From contig SVSL01000005.1 of NCBI GenBank assembly GCA_015064315.1, forward strand, positions 182 to 64,181: a stretch of DNA of 64,000 nucleotides, written 5' to 3'. This document shows positions 9,070 to 16,167 of this stretch, in pieces. The position numbers and the translations under genes are program-made. Under the pieces are notes generated by a model. That model had not been told where the DNA came from. It did not search any database and was given only the letters and a program-made list of their open reading frames with translations. Within the stretch, counting starts at the first letter, position 1; each line of letters starts with the position of its first letter. The stretch is from Oscillospiraceae bacterium. GTDB lineage: Bacteria; Bacillota; Clostridia; Oscillospirales; CAG-272.

Positions 9070-9143
9070 CAAGCTTTTTTAAAAGCTTGCGCGAGTGGAG
9101 GCTGCGCAAGCCTCCTCGCCGTCCGCAGACGGCGAAATTCCCC
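9070..9143. repeat. Three-hairpin chain element (copy A)
   Basis: H1 CAAGCTTTT/AAAAGCTTG (9070..9089), H2 GGAGGCT/AGCCTCC (9097..9115), H3 CGCCGTC/GACGGCG (9117..9134), then AAATTCCCC. The same layout with different stems occurs at 14706..14793. Confidence 0.65.
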
Positions 9144-9330
9144 TGGCGGCGTTTTTCTTTTGAGAACTGACAATCGCTTGCGATTGTGGCGGAGCTTGCG
9201 TAGCCTGTTTTCATTTTTGCGCCTATGGTGTCAAAAAGAAAAGTGGCTAAGGCGTTTTTGCATTGCTCCGATAGAGCCCACGTTTTATCGATCAGGTTTA
9301 TTTTTGCCAATTTTTCGTTTGCTTTGCTAC

Positions 9331-9359
9331 TTGAAAAATCCTCCCTCTTTTGCTAAAAT
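9331..9359 (+). promoter_or_regulatory. Promoter for 9414..11804
   Basis: TTGAAA (9331..9336), 17 nt, TGC-TAAAAT (9354..9359). Confidence 0.55.
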
Positions 9360-9413
9360 GAAGACACGTGATGCGTTTTTTTTTGAATTTTTTTCTCAAA
9401 AAAGGAGAAGATT

Positions 9414-11804
9414 ATGAAGCTGAAAAACATTACCCTTGAGATGAGCCTCAAGCCGTTTTTGAAAACCGATGACGCGTTTGTTCGCGACGTTTGCCGTGAG
9501 TTGTTTTTGCAATGGCGCCCCCTGATCAAGGACGCGGATTCGATCTCGGTGCTGCTTTGGACGTCGGACGGAAGTGAGCTTTTAGACTATGACGGGTGTG
9601 AAAATACCGCCTTTGAATGGGCGTACTGGATCGGCAACGCCAACGCGCCCGAGGGAAGCCGCTCGGCATCCGATCCGAGGGGCGTAGGACTTCATCATAA
9701 GCCTTGGATCTATACCGAAAAGCCCGCAAAAATGACGTACGGTATTCTAAAACGCATTGTAGAGACCGTCAAGGAGGTTGGGCGCGAGATGATGGGCGTT
9801 TCCCACATCCGTGTGGGAACCACCTTTGATATCGGTCCCGAATTTGCCAAATCCGACTTCAAATACAACCGTCATAACGAAATTTGTACGGGAAACACCA
9901 TTGGCGTGGCATCCTTCGTTTGCTCCTACGCTACGCTTCACGGCGATCAGCGCCGCTATGCGGGGTATCCGGGTGGCATTCCCGAGGGGCTTCCCTTTGG
10001 CAGCTTCTTTGGCAGACAGTCACAGTATTTTATGACCGATATGGGCTTTGACTACCTGTGGCTTTCCAATGGTTTGGGCTTTGGAAGAGATACCTGGTCT
10101 GCCACGGGTGCCGTATTCGATGGCGACCGCTTTTGCGCGGACGGTATGGAAAGTGTCAAGGAATCGGTGCTGAGCTTTTGGAGGCTTTTCCGCGCGGAGT
10201 GCCCAAATTTTCCCATCGAGACCCGCGGCACCAATATGACTATGGGCATTGATCTTGCCTCCGACGGTGTTCCGCTGAAGGATATCTATGAGGGAGGCTT
10301 CAACCTGTTGCCCCCTCCCAATTCCCCTTGGGCGGCGTTGGATTCCGACTTTGGCTTGGAGCTGGCGGGATACATGTCGCGTATTGCGGAGCTTCCCGAG
10401 AAGGATTTCCTTTTCCGTTACTATTTGCACGACCCGTGGTGGGTAAACTCCCCTTGGTACGACCGCTATAACGGACAGCCTCACGATATTTACCTTCCCC
10501 TTGCGGTTTCTCGCATTGACGAGGACGGAAAGATCGGTCTTCCCAACCATCTGAATTTTCTGACCGTGGACAATTCCTACGGTGAGCTGCCCGAAAAATG
10601 CGTTCACGAGGTGATTCCCCATATTCGCAAGGGCTTTGAGGAGGCGCCCGATGCTCCCGCGCCCCTTGTGTGGGTCTATCCCTTTGAGGAATACTCCGCC
10701 TGCGACGATAGCCAAGAGGTGATGGAGATCTTTTCGGGGGATTGGTTCATTCGCAGCTGTATCAACAACGGCACGCCCCTCTCAAGCGTGGTTTCCACCA
10801 CCAATTTTGTAGGGCATGACAAGAAAATTTACGCGTCAAGCGTTCTCGTCACGCCGGTCCCCAAGGCGGACTCTGCGTTTGAAAATACCATCCTCGATTA
10901 CCTCAAAAACGGGGGACGTGTGGTGTTTTACGGCAATACGCTCCGCGCAAGTGAGAAATTCAAGACGCTGGTCGGTGTCAAGAACACCCACGGCGTGTCG
11001 GGAGAATTGCCTCTGACGCTGGACGGAAAGTCCATGGGCATCATTAAGCACGTCCCTATCATCGGCGGTGGAGAGATCACCGAGGAATCCACCAAGGATA
11101 ACGCCGTTGCTTTTGCAGGTGAAAAGGTGATCATGACCGCGGGGGAGAACTTCGTATGGCTGCGCGGCGTCACCTCCAACGAGTACAAAAAGGGAAGCAA
11201 GAGGTTGCTCCCCCAGGATGAATCCAAGTATTTCATTGCCGACAGATTGATGCTTCGCGCCCTTGAGGTGCTTGGATATTCCTTCTCCTTTGAGCGCGTT
11301 GGAAGAAAGCCTCTTCCTGTTCTCATGATCCATCGCCATGACAACGCCTATATCTTTTCCCAGTTCACCCCCAACACCTCGGTGGAGGTGCAATGGAAAA
11401 TGCCCCTCGGCGCGCCCATTCTCAACGGCTATGAGGCGGTGATGAAGGAAGGCTGCGCAACCTATCGCCTGCCGAGAGCCGAGCGGCGCGAATGCCGCGT
11501 GTTTGTGGAGCAGGAGGACGGCGTGGTATCTTGCAGCGAATTGTATCCCTGCTCGGCAGTCATGCGCCGACGTATCAGAGTTGGTGGGCTGAAAAACGCC
11601 ACGGTGCGCTTCCTTGCGGAGGACTATTGCAGGGAAAACGTGGACGTTCGTCTGAACACCCGTGAGTCGGCGTGTCAAACGAGTGATCCCGTGTTCCCCA
11701 AGTACGTCACGAAAAACGGCGAAACCTATTGCGAGGTCACGGGCGTAACGGGAACTCTCGTGTTTTCCATGCCCATGAAGAAGCAGCGCTTTTTTGAAAA
11801 ATAA
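9414..11804 (+). CDS. Large uncharacterised cytoplasmic protein (796 aa), possibly a glycoside hydrolase
   Basis: Strong AAGGAG ribosome site and no signal peptide. It sits in a glycan-utilisation neighbourhood. I recognise no catalytic motif. Confidence 0.7.
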   Translation: MKLKNITLEMSLKPFLKTDDAFVRDVCRELFLQWRPLIKDADSISVLLWTSDGSELLDYDGCENTAFEWAYWIGNANAPEGSRSASDPRGVGLHHKPWIYTEKPAKMTYGILKRIVETVKEVGREMMGVSHIRVGTTFDIGPEFAKSDFKYNRHNEICTGNTIGVASFVCSYATLHGDQRRYAGYPGGIPEGLPFGSFFGRQSQYFMTDMGFDYLWLSNGLGFGRDTWSATGAVFDGDRFCADGMESVKESVLSFWRLFRAECPNFPIETRGTNMTMGIDLASDGVPLKDIYEGGFNLLPPPNSPWAALDSDFGLELAGYMSRIAELPEKDFLFRYYLHDPWWVNSPWYDRYNGQPHDIYLPLAVSRIDEDGKIGLPNHLNFLTVDNSYGELPEKCVHEVIPHIRKGFEEAPDAPAPLVWVYPFEEYSACDDSQEVMEIFSGDWFIRSCINNGTPLSSVVSTTNFVGHDKKIYASSVLVTPVPKADSAFENTILDYLKNGGRVVFYGNTLRASEKFKTLVGVKNTHGVSGELPLTLDGKSMGIIKHVPIIGGGEITEESTKDNAVAFAGEKVIMTAGENFVWLRGVTSNEYKKGSKRLLPQDESKYFIADRLMLRALEVLGYSFSFERVGRKPLPVLMIHRHDNAYIFSQFTPNTSVEVQWKMPLGAPILNGYEAVMKEGCATYRLPRAERRECRVFVEQEDGVVSCSELYPCSAVMRRRIRVGGLKNATVRFLAEDYCRENVDVRLNTRESACQTSDPVFPKYVTKNGETYCEVTGVTGTLVFSMPMKKQRFFEK

Positions 11805-11904
11805 ACCATAAATTATTCACATTTTTCCCCTATTTTGTTCAAAAAAACAAAAAATACGCCACGAAATATTAAAAATACCCCCATAACAGATTAAAAACAC
11901 CACC

Positions 11905-11933
11905 TTGCGGTTGGGGATGCTTTGTGATATAAT
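11905..11933 (+). promoter_or_regulatory. Promoter followed by a ~200-nt leader upstream of 12139
   Basis: TTGCGG (11905..11910), 17 nt, TGA-TATAAT (11928..11933). Confidence 0.5.
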
Positions 11934-12138
11934 GTATAAGGAATCAAAGCCCGTGGAATGGACCACGGGGGAGGCTGTCCTTTTTGAGTTCGGGAGGCGC
12001 GTACACATTCGGTCGATGCACGTGTTTTCCTTGATTTCTTGAGGATCGTCCCACCTCGCGAGGCAACGCCGTGGCGCTCTGGTTACACAATTCATTGACG
12101 GTTTTAAAAACTAATAAGAAGAAAAGGAGAAATTAGCA

Positions 12139-13494
12139 ATGAAAACAAACCGTAATTTTTGGCGCATCGTTACGCTTGCTCTGGCACTCGTAATGCTGTT
12201 CTCCGTTGTTGCTTGTAGCAACGAGGAAGAGCCCGCAGCTACCACTGAGGCAGGCGCAGACGGCTCCACCCAGGCTCCTACTACTCAGAAGCCCACGACC
12301 GAAAAGCCCACTACCAGCACTACTGCTCCCACCACTGAGCCCACTCAGGGTACTACTGCTACTACCGAGCCTACCACCGAGCCCACCACTGAGCTCGAGG
12401 CTTACTCTGTAGTAATGCCCTCCGAGTTTGACGCTGACGGTGACGGCGTAAACGATTCTTACACCTTCTCTAACAAGCTTCCTGCTCTCTTTGCAGGCAC
12501 TGGCGTAGTTACGCTTGGTTGTGACGATCACCTGGAAACCGATAAGGGCGTTGGTCGTACCGAAGGTGTAAAGGGTAGCGGCGTTTATCACGTTTACATC
12601 GACCTTTCCAAAGAGGATGTTCCTCACGAAGAGAAAACTCTGACTTGGGAATTTGAGGTTGCTGAGGCTGGCACCTACGAGATCTGCTTCAACATGAGAA
12701 TGAAGGATGGTAAGCAGAGAGGTAATGTCATGACTATTGATGGCGGTGCTGCCATGGCTATGGACTTCCAGTTCATGAACGGCGCAGAGGTATCTGTTCG
12801 CGATGCAGATTTGAACTCTTACATGACCGGTATTTCCGTTGACTTGACCGCAGGCAAGCACACCATTCAGATAAAGTATAATTCTCTTTGCGAAAAGACC
12901 TTCCATTTCCGTAACATCTATATTGCAAAAACCAATAAGGTTACTGTAGAGATGCCCTCTAATTTCGACAACGATAACGACGGCACGAATGACTCCTATA
13001 CTTTTTCTAACTATCTGCCCATCAGATTCGGTGCAGCAGATGTGATCAAGCTTGGTTGTGACGATCACCTGGAAACCGATAAGGGCGTTGGTCGTACCGA
13101 AGGTGTAAAGGGTAGCGGCGTTTATCACGTTTACATCGACCTTTCCAAAGAGGATGTTGCTCACGAAGAGAAAACTCTGACTTGGAAGTTTAATGTTCCT
13201 GCTGACGGCAAGTATGAGTTCTGCTTCAACATGAGAATGAAAGACGGTAAGCAGAGAGGTAACGTAATGACCATTGATGGTGGTAAGTCCATCAATATGG
13301 ACTTCCAGTTCAATAACGGTGCAGAAGAAAATGTTCGCGATGCTGATCTGAATTCTTACATGACTGGCATTTTTGCTGATCTGACTGCCGGAGAGCATAC
13401 GGTTGTTATGACCTATCAGCCTTTGTGCGAAAAGACCTTCCACTTCCGCAATATTTACCTCGTAAAGGTTGCAGAGCTGACTCCCGCAGTTTAA
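12139..13494 (+). CDS. Secreted lipoprotein with a Thr/Pro-rich linker and two tandem CBM-like (galactose-binding-like) modules
   Basis: Signal peptide with lipobox LFSVVAC, a TTEPT-type linker, and two ~179-aa modules (WEFEVAEAGTYEICF / WKFNVPADGKYEFCF). Confidence 0.85.
   Translation: MKTNRNFWRIVTLALALVMLFSVVACSNEEEPAATTEAGADGSTQAPTTQKPTTEKPTTSTTAPTTEPTQGTTATTEPTTEPTTELEAYSVVMPSEFDADGDGVNDSYTFSNKLPALFAGTGVVTLGCDDHLETDKGVGRTEGVKGSGVYHVYIDLSKEDVPHEEKTLTWEFEVAEAGTYEICFNMRMKDGKQRGNVMTIDGGAAMAMDFQFMNGAEVSVRDADLNSYMTGISVDLTAGKHTIQIKYNSLCEKTFHFRNIYIAKTNKVTVEMPSNFDNDNDGTNDSYTFSNYLPIRFGAADVIKLGCDDHLETDKGVGRTEGVKGSGVYHVYIDLSKEDVAHEEKTLTWKFNVPADGKYEFCFNMRMKDGKQRGNVMTIDGGKSINMDFQFNNGAEENVRDADLNSYMTGIFADLTAGEHTVVMTYQPLCEKTFHFRNIYLVKVAELTPAV
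12403..13491 (+). repeat. Intragenic tandem duplication (2 x ~537 bp) with an identical core
   Basis: 12513..12621 equals 13050..13158 (109 nt identical, offset 537 nt), and the match continues to about 12650/13187 with one mismatch. Confidence 0.85.
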
Positions 13495-13544
13495 TTGCTG
13501 AGAGCCAAACGGATTTGTTCTGAATAAAAATTGAAAAATTTTTA

Positions 13545-13571
13545 CCCCCCACGGCAATGCCGTGGGGGTTT
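13545..13571 (+). terminator. Intrinsic terminator
   Basis: CCCCCACGGC-aat-GCCGTGGGGG followed by TTTT. Confidence 0.75.
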
Positions 13572-13581
13572 TGCTATGCAG

Positions 13582-13760
13582 AGTGAAATGTTTTGCTCTT
13601 GCAAAACGTGAAATAATGTGCTAATGCACATTGTGAAATATCTCGCTTTGCTCGATGTGAAATGAAATTTGCCCACATTTGCGAAGCAAATATTTCAAAC
13701 GCCGCAGGCGTATTTCACATTTCGCAGAGATATTTCACTTGCCCGCAAGGGCAAATTTCG
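13582..13760. repeat. GTGAAAT-anchored hairpin array (4 forward and 3 reverse units)
   Basis: GTGAAAT at 13582, 13607, 13632 and 13656, each followed by a different hairpin. ATTTCAC at 13711 and 13731 and ATTTCG at 13754 are each preceded by a hairpin. Confidence 0.8.
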
Positions 13761-13989
13761 TTGGCGTTGTGCCAGGGGGCACAACGCCATGCCGTGGGGG
13801 TTTTTGTGCTTTTTTGGGGGAAAATCAATGTTTTTTGCCAAAAGGTATTCCTATTCTCAAAAAGTTGTGATATAATGGGGAGGATAAAAGAACGTTGCAG
13901 AAAACGGGCGATGGGGTCTCCGAACGAATTTCCGTATTCCCTCGTGCAGAGAAAACGCCGAACGTGCGGCGAGCCTTCCTTGTTTGATC

Positions 13990-14062
13990 GTAGGGGCGAC
14001 CATTGGTCGCCCGTATGCAAGGATAAGATTTTTTAGAGCGGGCGTTTAAAGAACGCCCCTAC
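13990..14062. repeat. GTAG...CTAC twin-hairpin doublet
   Basis: GTAG-GGGCGACC-att-GGTCGCCC (13990..14013) and GGGCGTT-taaag-AACGCCC-CTAC (14040..14062). Confidence 0.75.
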
Positions 14063-14126
14063 GGGTTTGTGCGGAATTCACAATTGATGTGTTACCTTTG
14101 AGCGGAGCGGGATGTTTGCAATTTCC

Positions 14127-14154
14127 TGTAGGGACAGGCGTCCTCGACTGTCCG
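14127..14154. repeat. Solo 28-nt REP-like arm
   Basis: TGTAG-GGACAG-GCGTCCTCGA-CTGTCC-G, identical to 62689..62716. Confidence 0.7.
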
Positions 14155-14211
14155 GAAACGATAAAATTTCCGTTCCGTATCGGCTTGTTGATGCGGTTTG
14201 AATTTCTTGCC

Positions 14212-14340
14212 TGTAGGGGGCGACGTCCTCGACGCCCCGAAAAACGAAAGAATTTTCAATTTGCATCCGGCTATTATCTGTAGCCATATAAAAAGCAAAA
14301 TTTGTTGCTTTCCGGGGCGTCGAGGACGTCGCCCCCTACA
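14212..14340. repeat. REPIN/MITE-like element with perfect 28-nt inverted arms
   Basis: TGTAGGGGGCGACGTCCTCGACGCCCCG (14212..14239) and its exact reverse complement (14313..14340). Confidence 0.85.
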
Positions 14341-14398
14341 AGCAAATTTTTTACCATATCCAAACGCCGAACGTGCGGCGAGCCTTCCTTGTTTGATC

Positions 14399-14473
14399 GT
14401 AGGGGCGATTCACGAAGCGCCCGTTTGAAAAGAATAAGATTTTTACAGGCGGACGACCAATGGTCGCCCCTAC
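14399..14473. repeat. GTAG...CTAC twin-hairpin doublet
   Basis: GTAGGGGCGATTCACGAAGCGCCCG (14399..14423) and GGCGGACGACCAATGGTCGCCCCTAC (14448..14473). The 35-nt upstream flank is shared with 13955..13989. Confidence 0.75.
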
Positions 14474-14705
14474 AGGTTTGTGCGCAATCTATCGTTTTTT
14501 GTGTCACCCTGAGCGGAGCAGGGATGTTTGCATTCGTTTATCCCCCCTCTTCAACTAACGTTGGTGAGCAGATAGGGTGGTGGTCCCTAGCTGCTCGCGG
14601 GAGCAATTCTACTGTCTGTCCGTGCTCTGACAAATTACGGCAGGGTGTCTTGGGATAGGGACTAAAACGTTCCCGATTTTATTTCAACTACCAAAAAACT
14701 TTTCT

Positions 14706-14793
14706 GTGAAAGGTTTTCGTCCACCTTTTTCAAAAGGTGGCGAGGTCAAGGGCGAGGAGCCCTTGGCGCCCTCAGCAGAGGGCGAAATCCCCC
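14706..14793. repeat. GTGAAAG + three-hairpin chain element (copy B)
   Basis: H1 CCACCTTTT/AAAAGGTGG (14721..14740), H2 CAAGGG/CCCTTG (14747..14765), H3 CGCCCT/AGGGCG (14767..14784), then AAATCCCCC. Confidence 0.65.
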
Positions 14794-14830
14794 AACGCCG
14801 CGTAGCCTTGGTCGCGTTCCGCAGACGATA

Positions 14831-16042
14831 TTACCATTGCTTCAGTCGCTTTTTAGCGGCTTCGGCGTAGGCGGAGAGATCGGGCTCTTCCCACGATTTG
14901 TTACAGGAAAATCCCAGCGTTTGGGGGAGACGATAATCGGGCAGATTATCCCGCAGGGTCAGCTCTTCGCGAATGGCTTGCAGATAGTTAAAGCCGAACT
15001 CAAGGCTGGGGGAAACGTAATGCCCCTCGTCCCATTCGTTCCAGTTGTCGATCATAAGGAGACGGTTGGCGTAGCTCTCCTTGGGGAGGCTTTCCATGCG
15101 CTCCAAAAGCTTTTGAAGGAGTATGCGGAAGCTTTCGGGAGAGAGCTTCCAGTTCCGAGCCCAACGCTCGGGGGTGTTTTCCATGAGAATGCCTTTTTCA
15201 ATGCGCGGAGAGGGATCCCACATACAGGACGCCGTGGGCACAAAATAGTCGGGAAGATTTTTGATGCGCAGATCGGTGTCGTCCAATTGCTTTTGAATGA
15301 CTTCCTCGTCGGTGGGGTAATTCAGCTTGACCGAATGACAGTAGGCAAAGCTGAAATCGTACCCACGTGCGCGAAAATCTTCAAATACCGAGAGATCATC
15401 CTTGCGATATTCGGCGGCAAAGATCATGCCGTCAAAGCCCCTCTCTTTTGCCATTTCGCGGCAGAGATCAAAGACACGCGCTTGTTCTTTGGCACTTCCA
15501 AAGGCATCTGCAAGCTGCTTTTGCACGTCGTAAACGAAGAGAACAGGCTTGTTGTCGATCTTGAGATAATTTTCCTTGGAAAAATAATGCTCCAGCCAGA
15601 AGGGCATGAGATTTTCGATCATGTCTTGGCTGTCGGATGCCCCCCAGGCACCTTGCGTTTCAAACATGATGGAGAATTTCATTTGCTTTCCGTGCTTGGC
15701 GCGGAACAGCCCTTCGTGGATGCCGTGGGCGCAACGGAGGTCTTCCACCGTTACTTTTTTGCCCACGTTGTGCTTTCTGCGGTACCAGCAGTAGATCCAG
15801 CAGTTGATGCCGTGCTCCAAGCACCATTTGATCTCCCAGTCGGTAACGGCAGGGTCTTCCTCGTCGTAGTATCCCATCAAGGGGGTGCGCTCGGGGTAGG
15901 AGTGGATCTCGGGAAAGCCCTCGTGCAGCTCCGCCGCGCCTTTTTTCCATGCGGGATAGTAGTGGGCGGCAATGATGCGGTCCTCTTTAACGGTGACCGT
16001 TCTCGGATCGGGCATTTCGTCGTACAGATGAATGTTATACAT
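14831..16042 (-). CDS. WbsX/GH99-like domain protein (putative glycosidase)
   Basis: HYYPAWKKG near the N-terminus and NWNEWDEGHY near the C-terminus, as in WbsX-like TIM-barrel proteins. The family call is made by eye. Confidence 0.6.
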   Translation of the reverse strand: MYNIHLYDEMPDPRTVTVKEDRIIAAHYYPAWKKGAAELHEGFPEIHSYPERTPLMGYYDEEDPAVTDWEIKWCLEHGINCWIYCWYRRKHNVGKKVTVEDLRCAHGIHEGLFRAKHGKQMKFSIMFETQGAWGASDSQDMIENLMPFWLEHYFSKENYLKIDNKPVLFVYDVQKQLADAFGSAKEQARVFDLCREMAKERGFDGMIFAAEYRKDDLSVFEDFRARGYDFSFAYCHSVKLNYPTDEEVIQKQLDDTDLRIKNLPDYFVPTASCMWDPSPRIEKGILMENTPERWARNWKLSPESFRILLQKLLERMESLPKESYANRLLMIDNWNEWDEGHYVSPSLEFGFNYLQAIREELTLRDNLPDYRLPQTLGFSCNKSWEEPDLSAYAEAAKKRLKQW

Positions 16043-16078
16043 TGATTTTTCTCCTTACTCGTTCTGTTTCTAATCTCG

Positions 16079-16126
16079 GTAGGGGCGTTCTGTGAACGCC
16101 CGCGGGCGCACACAGTGCGCCCCTAC
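16079..16126. repeat. Back-to-back GTAG...CTAC twin hairpin
   Basis: GTAG-GGGCGTTC-tgtg-AACGCCC-G-C-GGGCGCAC-aca-GTGCGCCC-CTAC, located between two minus-strand genes. Confidence 0.75.
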
Positions 16127-16167
16127 GGTTTTGGAGTGTAGTGAAAGGCGTTGCTCAGATCTTTGTG

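Noticed and set aside
13582-13760. Possible CRISPR array (also 54765..54854)
   Set aside because: The units are only 20-25 nt in total, with a 7-nt constant part. The variable part is self-complementary and does not look like a spacer, the orientation flips within the array, and no cas genes are present.
14535-14700. Possible small RNA, GAGCAG-a-TAGGG-tggtggt-CCCTA-g-CTGCTC and following segments
   Set aside because: There is only one convincing nested hairpin. No promoter or terminator frames it and I recognise no family resemblance. This is not enough to call a gene.
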